From: Rhizodiscina lignyota
Taxonomy: Eukaryota
NCBI GenBank assembly: GCA_010015805.1
Contig: ML978123.1
Span: forward strand, 1,674,001 to 1,738,000
Length of the DNA: 64,000 nucleotides
Direction: 5' to 3'
The notes beneath the pieces were generated by a model. The model made no database searches. It had not been told where the DNA came from and saw nothing but the letters and a program-made list of their open reading frames with translations. The position numbers and the translations under genes were made by a program. This document shows, piece by piece, positions 11,773-23,653 of this stretch (positions are counted from its first letter, which is position 1; each line of letters begins with the position of its first letter).

Positions 11773-14235
11773 ATGAGTATACTCAAGATGATCATCAGCT
11801 ATTCGGCTTTCGCTGCTTTCACTCTCTTGCTCTGTAACGCTGCAGCTCTTCCGGATTCACATGCAGTACACGAGAAGCGAGAGGCCACCTCGGAGAGGTG
11901 GATTAAGAGAGACAGGGTAAATGGTTTGACAACTTTGCCAGTGCGGATTGGTCTGGCTCAGAGCAACCTCGACCGTGGATATGACTACCTTTTGGATGTG
12001 TATGTGCTCAATGACCGTTATCATCCCCTTTAATCGGAGAGGCCAAGTTCTGAGCGTGTGCCAGTTCTCATCCAGACTCGCCGAACTATGGAAAACATTG
12101 GACAGCTGAAGAAGTCGCCAAAAAGTTTGCGCCATCTGAAGAGAGTATCGGCGCCGTCAGAGATTGGTTAACCTCATCCGGGATCGATCGAAAAAGAATC
12201 TCTCATACAACTAACATGGGCTGGCTTACTTTCCATGCTACAGTCCAAGAGATGGAGAACCTTCTGCACACGGAATATTACCACCACGAAGATAGTGAGA
12301 CGGGACAGGTTATCCCTGCTTGTGATTTGTACGTGTCAAGTCGTCCGCTGTTTAGATTTCTTCATGAGTCGATCTGATACAACATTGCAAAATAGATACC
12401 ATATTCCTAACCACATAACGGAGCACGTCGACTTCGTTACCCCAGGAGTTGGTCTCAACGTTCGTAACCATCCGCAAGGGGGTCCGCCAAGCCCTTGGAA
12501 ACGAGGCATCAACGACCACCACGAACCGGCCAAATTTCAAGAATTTCCGCATGAGAAGATTCACAACAATAGTGACCTGGCGACGTGCGATATTGCTATT
12601 ACTCCGGCTTGTATTCGGGCACTCTATGATGTTCCACTTCCAACAACTGCGGTGAAGGGAAATACGATTGGGATTTTCGAAAACGGGAACTTCTATGCAC
12701 AGGAAGACCTCGACCTCTTCTTTTCTAACTTCACCCCATATATCAAGAATGGAACGCATCCAATATTGGATTCAATTGATGGCGGTGTTGCCCCCGTTCC
12801 TGTTGCACAAGGTGGAGGAGAGTCGGCGTTAGATTTGGAGCTTGCTTATCCTCTTATTCATCCGCAACAGGTTACTTTGTTCCAAGTGGACGACATCAAT
12901 TACTCGAACGGCAGCCTTAACGCTTCTGGAATCTATAATGACTGGCTTGATGCAATTGATGGCGTAAGCTTTGATATATGACCCGTATTTGCAGACGGAA
13001 CAACTAACCGCGCTCACAGTCGTACTGCACATATTCTGCTTTTGGCGAGACAGGAAACGACCCGTCGGTAGATCCCGTGTATCCGGATCCTCTCCCTGGC
13101 GGTTGGAATCATCCATTGCAATGTGGAGTGTACAAGCCAACCAACGTCATGTCGGTCTCGTATAGCGCTCAAGAGTATAATCATCCAGTCAATTATCAGA
13201 AGAGGATGTGCAATGAGTAAGTGCTCAGTTTTGAATTCGATTGATCGTTTCGGAGTTCACATCATCAGCTCTAATTCTGCGTAGGTTCATGAAATTAGGA
13301 CTTCAAGGGCACTCCATCTTCTTTTCCTCCGGCGATACTGGCGTTGCAGGAAGGGCCACTGATCCGGCTCCGAATGGCTGTCTGGGTCCCAATCACACGA
13401 TCTTTAATTCGCGATACCCAAATAGGTATGTCCTCGGTTACTACAACCTCAACAGCATCACAACAAGAACTGAATCTTTATTGCAAGCTGCCCTTACTTG
13501 ACTGTGGTGGGTGCCACCAAGGTCTACCCCGGACACACCGTGTTTGAACCGGAGTCCGCAGCGAACGATCTCGCCGGCGCACCATATAAAACAGCCTATT
13601 CCCCAGGTGGTGGTTTCAGCAACATCTTTCCCATTCCACCGTGGCAGGAAACTGCTGTTGCATCATACTTCAAGCATCATAATCCGCCGTATCCATACTA
13701 TTCGGGTAATGAACCTCTCGGGTACGGAGGTGGGCTGTACAATCGTAGCGGCCGCGGGTACCCGGACGTTGCTGCCAATGGTGACAATATTGCCGTGTAC
13801 TCTGCTGGGAAAGCTCATCTCAGTGGTGGAACGAGTGCAAGTAAGCTGTTTTGTTTTACTTATCTCTCCTTTCTCCTTACCGGTGAAAGTGGGAGAATGT
13901 TGGCAATAACGTCGTTGTTTTAGGCACCCCAATGTTCGCATCGATCGTTAATCGCATTAACGAAGAACGCTTGTTGCGTGGGAAAAGCCCGGTCGGGTTC
14001 ATCAATCCTGTATTGTATGCCCACCCTGAAGTGTTGAATGATATCAAGAACGGCAGCAATCCCGGCTGCAACACGAATGGGTTTACAGCAGTTGACGGGT
14101 AAGTTCCTCCTTCACACATACATTGAAAGGTCTCCTCGTAACGTGAGCTCACCACAAAATAGCTGGGATCCATTGACTGGCCTGGGCACTCCAAATTTTC
14201 CCAAGATGCTGGAGCTTTTCCTTCGCTTGCCATAA
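11773..14235 (+). CDS. Secreted S53 sedolisin-family peptidase (aorsin/tripeptidyl-peptidase-like)
   Basis: Signal peptide; prodomain (HAVHEKR..W, SHPDSPNYGKHWTAEEV); catalytic ESALD, SSGDTG and GGTSAS; RGYPDVAANG; C-terminal GWDPLTGLGTPNF. About 7 GT-AG introns. Confidence 0.92.
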
Positions 14236-14875
14236 ATTTAGTTACGATGAAAGAGCCCTCGCCCTTCGGGCGCGGTCTGAATCAGCTAAAGACAGCAAGG
14301 AGAGAACGAACGTAGCAATGATCAGATCATTATAAAGGACTTCGTAATGTAGTCTTTATCACCAAATTAGCCAATACCGCAGCAAGCTATATATTGACTT
14401 GAGTGTCAGAGTTGTCGATGTTGAAGAGCGATGTCCAATCCTTGTACTATTTATTTTACGCGCTAAACCACTTTGGTTAGTGATGTTGCCGGGCCAATCA
14501 GACGCGTCGGTTCCTTCAAACCTCTCGCAACATGAAGCTCCACAGCGCGAAGCTTTCTCTCGTTTCTGACCAAGCGCCACAAGCTCCGAAACTGAAACAA
14601 TGGGTGACCCGCTCTATTCAGAGACCTCTTTAGTGACCAGTCCCTTCAAACTACCTGTTTCCGCGTGAGACTGACGCCTCACTTGACTCTTCCAGCATCG
14701 TTGTCACGCGAAGGCTCCCTTTGTCCTTGACAATGTCTTGCTCCTTCTTTCTTTCGATTGATGTTGGAAATTTTCATTCATTTTCTCTCAGGATATTCTA
14801 CAGCATGTGGTTATAGCAAATCCTCCTTTCCTACTATAATTTCTGTACATCGCGCAGGCCGCTCCCTTTCAGTAA

Positions 14876-15838
14876 ATGGCGCTCAGCCAGATAATGTCCT
14901 TCCGTCACCTAATCACGCTGCTTGCAGTGCTACTGCCTTTCGCAGCTGCTGGCCCAATTTCCAGGCGATCGCCGTTCTTCATATGGCCCTTCTCTCCCTC
15001 AAACGATGTTGCGCTCCGCGAAATCATGCCGCAACGAAGAGATAATGGCGGTGGTGTGCAAATAACGCCACTCGTCACGACCACGATAACTTCGACCCCG
15101 CCTGCAATTACTCTCACCGACCCGAACGGTAGCTCAGCCGGCGAACTTACTCCAGCTGCGTCCGTATACACTACACTTGTGCCACTTCAAGTAAGCTCAA
15201 GCAGCTCGCTGAGCAGTTCAACTCCACCTTCATCAACTCCACCTTCATCAGCAGCGACTTTATCGTCGCCAGCTCCGGCTACTTCAACCAAAACTTCTTC
15301 AAATTCTTCGTCACGCGCATCTGACACGAAATCGTCGTCAAGGCAATCGAACTCTACGTCAAGCTCCCCTCCGAGTTCTTCATCGCACTCCAAGGCCCCG
15401 AAATCCCCAACGTCATTGATCTCGACAACACGCGGCAGGCTGCCTTTCACCTCTGTTTCTGGTGTTGCTTATGCTACGGAGACGCTTATCACGACCGTCC
15501 CTGCTGCCGCAATAGCTGTGAACTCGTCAACAACTGGATATTCAAATTCATCTACTACAGCAAATGCCACCTCAGTGACCGCAGGAAGACATACCTCAAC
15601 TTCAACGGCGAAGACAAACATCACGGCGATACTCCCATTCTCGTCAGTTTCAGGAGTGCTCTACAAGACGGCAACCATCCTGACTACTGTTTATCCTTCC
15701 CACAACGGTACGACAGGCCGAAGCACGGCTATACAGCATCCATCAAATAGCACTGCACCTGTAAAGACCGGATCTGCTTCGGGTGGAGCCCATAACGGCA
15801 ACTCTACCGCCTCGGCGCAAAGACTCAGCAGTTCATGA
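14876..15838 (+). CDS. Secreted Ser/Thr-rich (mucin-like) protein; similar composition continues in frame past the TGA to 15976
   Basis: Hydrophobic signal peptide (HLITLLAVLLPFAAA), S/T-rich body, many N-x-S/T sites, internal repeat LPF(T/S)SVSGV.Y.T.T..TTV. Confidence 0.7.
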   Translation: MALSQIMSFRHLITLLAVLLPFAAAGPISRRSPFFIWPFSPSNDVALREIMPQRRDNGGGVQITPLVTTTITSTPPAITLTDPNGSSAGELTPAASVYTTLVPLQVSSSSSLSSSTPPSSTPPSSAATLSSPAPATSTKTSSNSSSRASDTKSSSRQSNSTSSSPPSSSSHSKAPKSPTSLISTTRGRLPFTSVSGVAYATETLITTVPAAAIAVNSSTTGYSNSSTTANATSVTAGRHTSTSTAKTNITAILPFSSVSGVLYKTATILTTVYPSHNGTTGRSTAIQHPSNSTAPVKTGSASGGAHNGNSTASAQRLSSS

Positions 15839-16190
15839 GGCACTGCTATCACAAGATCCGCGGCAGGCAAGACCACGACAGTCTTTGTGACGACCAGTGT
15901 TAGCGCTGTTCCGGCGGCTGGCAAGACAGGGACGACGGGTGTGGCACCAATACCACCAATGTCTTCTTCCACATAGTTAGAACTGCTTATTATAGCATAT
16001 TTTCACTTCTTGTAGCCCATTTTTTGATGGTCGTGATGCACTGGTGCGCTTTCACCAAAGATGGGACTTTGTATGTATTTGGATAAAGATCCAATGGAAA
16101 AATCGATATATTTACAAGTTATTCTACAAATGGCCAAAACGCTATGCAACGCTGTTGCTCAGTTCGTCGGGTGAACAGACAGGATACAGC

Positions 16191-17796
16191 TCAATGTTGT
16201 CTCCGCTTCCTCTGCTGTTTCGCATTGTCTTCCTCTTTCTCCCTCATCTCTTCTTCAATCTTCTCAACCTCTTCTTCATTTTCCACCGCCTTCTCTGTCA
16301 TTTCAATCGCCTTTCCCACATTTCTCTTTACGCGTTCATTGACATTCCCACCACGGTGCTGTACGTCGGGAAGAACTCCATCTTTAGCCGACGCATCAGA
16401 CGGTGGAGTTGTGGGTTTCGTAAATCTGCTGTTCTTCGCAAGATTGATTTTGTCCTTGACGTCCTGCTTGATCTGCTTCTCCTTGTCTGAGAGCGCGTTC
16501 ATGATTTCAGTACGAACATCCAGTCCTGCTTTGAGAGCCTGAGCCTCGGGGGTTGCAACATGACCATCTTTGAACGCTTCATTCAATGCGGTATACCACA
16601 CAGGGCTGTTTCTTCCCTTGTCCTTCAGTTCTCGAACGACTTGCTCGACGGTCAAACTTCCCATCTCTTTCAGCTGTATTTGATGCGCGTCCCAACGCCA
16701 AGCCTGCTCTTGTAGATGCTCAAGACTGGCCAACCATCTGCCTTCGTCCCTTAGCGCTTGGATCTCTACAGCATAAACGCCTCTTGGCTCTACCAGAGCC
16801 TTCGCCATAGCTTTCAAGACCTTCTCTTCGATCTTCATCATCTCGCGCTGAGCTTCTTCTTCCGAGATACGAATGGCCTTGGCGAACTTGAGGATCCTCT
16901 CTGCATACGCAGCCGCCTCTGCAGCTCGGCGCCTATAGTCCATCGCAATTGTACATGCGAAGTTGCCACGCCAATCCACCTCTTCTCTCCATGGTCTACT
17001 TCTCCCTCTGCCTACGGCACCGTGTGCCTCACCCAACCAGACGAGCCCTCGAGCTTGCCATTTCTCCGCCTCAGCGCGCATCTCCTCGGCGATCTGCATG
17101 CAGTTTCCGACCTCCAGATCCGCCCTCAGATTTCGCCATCTTATTTTCCCGGCCTCTTTGAGCCTCTTCAACGCGCCGTTAAGACCCTTCGTAATCCCAT
17201 CCTGTACGTCCTTTCTCTCGCTCAGTTCCTTAACCTCGCTCTCTTCCTCTCCCACCCCTTCCGCCTCGAGCACGCGTAGACGCTGCACTGCGTCTGCTGT
17301 GTCTAGAATTTTCGCGTCTCGTCGCGCCCTGTGTTCTTTCCTTTGCAGGAGCAGATCACTGGCGCTGGGTATGGGCGGGCGTTCCGAAAGCGGCGCACCC
17401 ACGGGGGAGATAACGGCAGCGAGGCGGTGGCGTACGGTCGTCGAGACGCGGAAGCCGGACATTATGGAGACGATGTCACCGAGACGAGCGGTATTGGAAG
17501 GATCGTGCACGAGGTGGTCGATGTGGGTTGTGAATTGCTAAAGACTTCCATCAGATTTGTTCCACATTTTGCTTGATCAGGGGGTATGGATATGGTAGAG
17601 GATTAAGCGCTTGAAGCCCAGGACTGGACGCGTGGTGATCGTAGCACTGATTTATTACCTTTTGCACCCTCTTGTTCCAGATTGGACGAGTAATTCGGAC
17701 TTTGACCGTCTTGCTCATCGTACCGGCTGATACCACCACGCCCATGGCATTCTTGGTCTGGCGCTGGGCAGCTTGTAGGTTCTGAATCGTCGCCAT
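16191..17796 (-). CDS. Mitochondrial ribosomal protein uS17m-like, with a long helical C-terminal extension
   Basis: Exon 1 has GVVVSAGTMSKTVKVRI...WNKRVQK. Intron ~17658-17538. Exon 2 has QFTTHIDHLVHDP....RLGDIVSI..G.RVS..VRH (S17 OB fold), then ~370 aa of charged sequence. Confidence 0.8.
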
Positions 17797-18871
17797 GTCG
17801 TCCAGCCTTCACGTGGCTTCTCTGCACACGCCTTAGAGGTCCCTGAAGGTTCTGCTAGGCGAACTGCTCATGGAGGATGAAATGTGAGGGGGCGTCCAAA
17901 TTCGCAGCGGAAAGGGCGAGGAGCTGCAATGTTGCAGCTACAAATTTAGGAGCTGCGGATTCACAGGTGATGAGCTCAGTATCGTTGCATTGGCGCAAGA
18001 ATTGGTACGACGAACTTTTTTCGTCGACTTCCACGAGAGCCTGACGTGACATGGATGCGCGGTGCTTAGCGCGGCATGCAAGTGACAAAACAGTTGAGCC
18101 CCATCGATCAACTGAACGGCTGCAGCAAGAACAAGTTTTGTTCTTCAGCACAAGCGAGAGCACCCCTGAAAGCTTGATTAAATACATACTACAGCTTATT
18201 TGTCGAAGACACGTGGCTTTAGTAGGTATGACCTATATTAGCGAATGAGAATATACATCCTCGCGGTTCGACACATTGTAGCCACGACGCAACTATTTTG
18301 TCATCCACTTGTCAGGTTGTGCGGTTCGCATGGATCAAGCGCGCGCTTAGTGTAAGATCTCAAAGGCTCTGCAGCCTCCTTGCGGGCCGCAATTTTGAAG
18401 CTCAACCTCATCATCACATGCGGTAATTGCTTAGGTCTGGTGCGTAATGGACAATAAGCAATTTCCAGAATGAGAAGACAGCTACGGAGTAATTCTATCA
18501 CTTTCTAGTTCTCTCCTTGGAGAAAGGCCATGCAAAAATTTGAAATCCGAGTATTTCCCGCTACCGCGGTATTCTCCGAGTTGCAGCGACATCATGTCAC
18601 GATAAGAGCCGCATTGCGGCTTTTTCTCGCACGAGACTGCTTTCTCTCGCCCGCTGGGTGGGAGAGAACGATATCGGAAGTAGGCCTGTTATCGTTAGCT
18701 TACAGTGCCTTCAGTGACTAGACCAAATTTCGCAGCAAGATCGTGAACATTTCGGCCATTGGTCGGGCCCCACTCCGTACTTAGGTATTGTATATATATG
18801 TGTACACAGGACTCATTCTGTGGTTAAAATATCATCAGTATTATCTACTTACAACACATACCCACCACAAT

Positions 18872-20566
18872 ATGTCTCAACCAACATCACATACGCCCTC
18901 GCAGGGCCACCACCATGACTCTCGATTGGACAGGGTCGAGACTCGACAAACGCTTCACCAATTAGGCCTCTCAGAGACCTCGCCGCCAGTAGACGTCAAC
19001 TATCCTGAAATTGGTCGTCCCGAAGATCCTGTCTTTCCTGAGGAGTACACACTCGAAACCGAGACTGGTCTTGTCCCTGCAGAAACATTGGAACAAATTC
19101 GATCAAAAGAATCTGTGATTTCACGACGACGAACGAGAAGGGGCAGCATATCTTCAGTAGATATCGAAAAGAAGGGAGCCGATGAACCTGTCGAATTCGT
19201 GACCTTCAAAATTGGCGACCCAGAGAACCCGCACAACTGGTCTCGCATGTACAAATGGTACATCACTATCATCGCATCGCTCCTAGTCGTGTGCATTGCA
19301 TATGGTTCGTCATTCGTCACTGGTGGTCTGGGTTTAATCGAGGACAAATACAACGTCTCGCTAGAGGTCGCCATCCTGACATGTTCTATCATGGTCTGTG
19401 GCTTCGCAGTCGGTCCTCTCCTGTGGTCTCCTCTATCTGAAATCATCGGCCGACGACCTGTCTACATTATCTCGCTCCTTCTCTACACCATCTTCAACAT
19501 TCCCTGCGCTCTATCTCCCAATATCGGCGGCCTTCTCGTCTGCAGGTTCTTGTGCGGTGTCTTCTCGAGCTCTGGACTCTCCTTGGCCGGAGGTACAATC
19601 GCAGATATTTGGAATATCGAAGAACGTGGTATGGCCATCGCATATTTTGCGGCAGCTCCATACTGTGGCCCAGTCATTGGCCCCATCGTCTGCGGTTGGA
19701 TCAACATCGGAACACACCGATTGGACTTGTTCTTTTACACGAACTTGGCCTTCGCTGGTGCCGTTCTGGTTCTCGTCGGCCTCGTCCCCGAGACCTACGC
19801 TCCTGTCATTCTCAAGCGACGCGCTTCCAAGCTCAGAAAGGAGACTGGGGATCCGAACATCATTACAGAGCAAGAAACAGTCAAGCTCACACTCCGGGAG
19901 ATCATTCGAACCAGCTTAATCCGGCCAATCACCATGATTCTGACCGAGCCGGTTCTGGATCTCATGTGCATGTACATCGTGCTCATCTACGCGATGCTCT
20001 ATGCCTTCTTCTTCGCTTACCCGGTCATCTTCGGAGAGCTCTACAACTATAACGACGGCCAGATTGGTCTCATGTTCATCCCCATCTTGATCGGCGCCGG
20101 TTTCGCTCTCGTCGCGACTCCATACATCGAAAAAAAATTCAAGGAAGTCTGCCTTCGCCGAAAACCGACTCCTGAAGATCGCCTGATCGGCGCTCTCATC
20201 GGCGCTCCTTTCATCCCCATCGCGCTCTTCATCCTCGGCGCCACCTCCTTCAAGCACATCATCTGGGTCGGTCCGGCTTCCTCGGGCATCGCCTTCGGCT
20301 TCGGAATGGTCCTCTGTTATTATTCGGTCAACAACTACATCATCGACTCGTACCAGAAATACGCTGCATCTGCTCTGGCCGCTAAAGTCTTCTTGCGATC
20401 GGGCGGCGGTGCGGCCTTCCCTCTATTCACCACCCAGATGTACCACCGCCTTGGCTTGCAGTGGGCCTCCTGGCTGCTTGCCTTCATTGGTGTCGCGATG
20501 GTCTTAATTCCTTTCTCATTCTATGTGTTTGGAGCTAGAGTCCGGGCAAAGCTCAACAAAAACTAA
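18872..20566 (+). CDS. MFS drug:H+ antiporter (DHA1 family), intronless
   Basis: DPENPHNWS, GPLLWSPLSEIIGRRP, GGTIADIW..ERG, PETYAPVILKRRA..LRK.TG and AASALAA motifs; about 12 TM segments. Likely start is MSQPT at 18872. Confidence 0.92.
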   Translation: MSQPTSHTPSQGHHHDSRLDRVETRQTLHQLGLSETSPPVDVNYPEIGRPEDPVFPEEYTLETETGLVPAETLEQIRSKESVISRRRTRRGSISSVDIEKKGADEPVEFVTFKIGDPENPHNWSRMYKWYITIIASLLVVCIAYGSSFVTGGLGLIEDKYNVSLEVAILTCSIMVCGFAVGPLLWSPLSEIIGRRPVYIISLLLYTIFNIPCALSPNIGGLLVCRFLCGVFSSSGLSLAGGTIADIWNIEERGMAIAYFAAAPYCGPVIGPIVCGWINIGTHRLDLFFYTNLAFAGAVLVLVGLVPETYAPVILKRRASKLRKETGDPNIITEQETVKLTLREIIRTSLIRPITMILTEPVLDLMCMYIVLIYAMLYAFFFAYPVIFGELYNYNDGQIGLMFIPILIGAGFALVATPYIEKKFKEVCLRRKPTPEDRLIGALIGAPFIPIALFILGATSFKHIIWVGPASSGIAFGFGMVLCYYSVNNYIIDSYQKYAASALAAKVFLRSGGGAAFPLFTTQMYHRLGLQWASWLLAFIGVAMVLIPFSFYVFGARVRAKLNKN

Positions 20567-21138
20567 GAGCGGATACTGGATTCTTCGAAATTTTGCTTTT
20601 ATGTTCTTACAAAAGTTAGACTTGATACCCTAGATGAGTGTTTCGGCGCATGGTTAGGTAATAACGGTAGAGGTGGTTGGAATAGTGTATATTGAGACAT
20701 TGTATAACAGGAGAGGCGCTTTAAATAAGTGTATAATAAGGACGAACTAGAATAAATGAATCACTCAAACTTTCGCAGCCTCGAACCTCAAGAGCTAGAT
20801 GATTTGTATGATAATTGGCACAGCTTTTGACGAGGTGAAGCAGATAAAACATTCAAAATTGGGTTAAACTGGAGGAGTCACACCGATCTTAAATCGAATA
20901 ATGCTTAAAACTTTCCGCAGGAGACTTTATCGACAGGGGCTTTTAGGTATCATGCTCTCGTATAAATACACACAAAACTGCTCATGTGAGCGAGGTATAG
21001 TCGTTTGAAAGAAAACCATCTAATACTCGTTGAAAAACGCCCCGCTGATGCATTCTTCCATTTTGATCGATTCGTGGTTGTCCGATCCTCCCCAATTCGG
21101 GCATCATCCATTAAGACATCCATTGTACAAAATCTCTT

Positions 21139-22884
21139 TTAAGCCGCAGGCTGAACAGTAGTACCATTCTGCTCCTCCTGCTGCGCACCCTGTTCCTTCG
21201 TGCGGAACGGCATGCCCGACGGTGCCGATTTTGCTTCCTCCAAAGGAGGCAAGTCAGTGCTCAAAGGTGTGACAGTACCCTTACCTTGGACCTGCACTGA
21301 CTCGCGGCGCATCTTGACCTGCTTCTTCTCCGCGACCTCAGAGATGCGTGTGAGCTCTTGCACAAAGGATTGGCCCCACCAAGCGCTGTTCAGAAGAGCA
21401 GGTTAGTTTATGCAGAATTTAAGCTGACGGATGAGAGTGGACTGACCTGGTATACTTGTTCACGTATTTCGACAGCTTCTGGTAGTTCGCAGCGCGTTGC
21501 TCCTCGCTCATAGTCACTGCATCGTGAATTGCGTCCGCCAGCTCCTCCGTGTTCCACGGGTTGATGATGATGCTGCCATTCAGGCTTTGCGCCGCACCGG
21601 TGAACTCGGATAGGATCATGCTGCCATGTCGCTTCTGCTGGCACGCGATGTACTCGTAGCTGACGAGGTTCATGCCGTCGCGGGTTGAGGATACGAGGCA
21701 GACGTCGCTGACAGCATACAGCGCGATGAGCTCGTCGAACGACACGGACTTGTGCATGAAGTGGATTGGCATGAACTCGATGGTGCCGAACTTGCCGTTG
21801 ATGCGGCCGACTAGCTCATTTACGACGGCGCGCAGATTTTGGTATTCCTCGACGTCTTGACGGGAGGGGACCGCGACTTGAACAAGGACGACTTTGCCGA
21901 TCCATTCGGGGTGCTCGGTAAGGAAGACTTCGAGGGCGTGCAGCTTCTGTGGCACGCCCTTGATGTAGTCGAGGCGGTCAACGCCGACGATCAACTTGAC
22001 ACCTTGGAATTTGCGCTCGAGTGTAGCGATACGCTCTTGGACCTTCTGTTTCTTCAGACCCTCCGCGAACTTCTCAGGATCAATGCCGATAGGAAATGCG
22101 CCGACAGTGACAACCTTGCCTTGGAACTCGACTCCGTTCGGGGTTGTCGCAAGGCCAAGGATTCTTGAGCAGCTGCTGAGGAAGTGCCTCGCGTAGTCGT
22201 AGGTATGGAAGCCGATGAGATCACAGTGTAGGACGCCGAGCAGGATTTCGTTGCGGACGGGGAGAATGCGGTAGATCTCGCTGCTCGGGAATGGGGTATG
22301 CAGGAAGAAGCCAATTTTGACGTTCTTCTTTGAATTGTCGATTTCCTCGCGGAGCATTTCGGGTAACAGCATCAGGTGGTAGTCGTGCACCCACACGAGG
22401 TCGTTGTCGTTGACGTCCTTGGCAATCGCCTTCGCGAAGAGACGGTTTGCTTCGGTGTAGGCCTCCCAGGCCGACTCGTCGAATGTAAGTTCGCCTGGAT
22501 GGTAGTGCAGCAGAGGCCAGAGGATTGAATCTGCAACTTATCAGCCCATGATCAAACCATGTTTACCAAATACATACTCGAGAAGCCATTGTAGTGTCTA
22601 TCCGCAAGCTCATCAGCGAGCATGATGGGTACTGCATTGTACTCCTCCTTCAACTGCTCCTTAAGTTTCTTAATCTCATCCTCGGGCACCTCGAGGCCGG
22701 GCCAGCCGTACCACTGGAAGGTGGTGGACTTTGCGAGACCACTCAAGCCACTGACGAGACCGCCAGAGGACATAGAGAAGTCATATTTGCCTTCCTCTGA
22801 GCGCTTGATTGTAATTGGCAGACGATTCGAGACGAGCAGGAGGCGGCCCTGCTGGGAGTCGCTGGGTTTATTCTCGGAAGACAT
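21139..22884 (-). CDS. TPS1: Alpha,alpha-trehalose-phosphate synthase (GT20)
   Basis: LLLVSNRLP, SSGGLVSGL, WYGWPG, HYNGFSNSILWPL, WVHDYHLM, GFFLHTPFP, GVDRLDYIKG, RDGMNLV. Introns 22577-22531 and 21446-21386. Confidence 0.97.
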
Positions 22885-23653
22885 CGCGAATTCGACGTTG
22901 GCCTATTACAGGTTCGGGGGATTGCGCGTTCGATGAGGTCGAGTGGTTGCGGATGTGGTTCGTGACTTGACGTAATGAACGCTATTAAGAAGGTGGAGAG
23001 AGGGAGGGTAACACCGTTGCCGTATGGTGAGATTGGTTTTGCTTGTGTCCAAGCAGCACTAGAAGGCTTGTATACAGATATTCGGCGGCCTTGTCGGTGG
23101 GAGCAGGACGTTTAACTACACAAAGAAATTGGCGGAGGCGGATGTTAGAGTGTTGGAGATTCAAAAGGTATCATGATTGGGGATTATGTTCCGCAGAGGG
23201 ACTGGGGCTTGCGTGTGAAGCTCTCAGGTACGCAGATTTTAAATTTGGGCAGCTCTGACCCTCCAGTGACGTTGTTACCAAAAACAAGGCGCCGGGAAGC
23301 AGCCGGGGGCGGCGCCGGGTAAGACTGACGCCTCGCTCCGTGTAACAGAAGCAAACATGACTCGCTACCAGTCCCACCTGCCACAGTTCATCCGATTGGC
23401 ATAAAGGAAGCTCAATTGCACTCGCCGGGATGATGCCGTGGAAAAAGACTGCATCGTATTGAAGAACTCGATTGAGCAGCATGTGACGCTAGTCTCCGCA
23501 AGCCGCCGCCGAAGGATTGGTGGCCCCTGCGCATAGCCGCAACACCAAAGCTGTGCTCATCACCATTTTGGCCCTCACTACTCGAACGCGCAGACTACGC
23601 GTATTTCCATATCAGTGCGAAAGAGTGAGTGCTCAATCTAGAAAGCTCGCGCC

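Noticed and set aside
14255..14278. CGCCC-TTC-GGGCG hairpin after the peptidase stop codon
   Set aside because: Only a 5-bp stem with no U-tract; intrinsic terminators are not relevant to a fungal Pol II gene.
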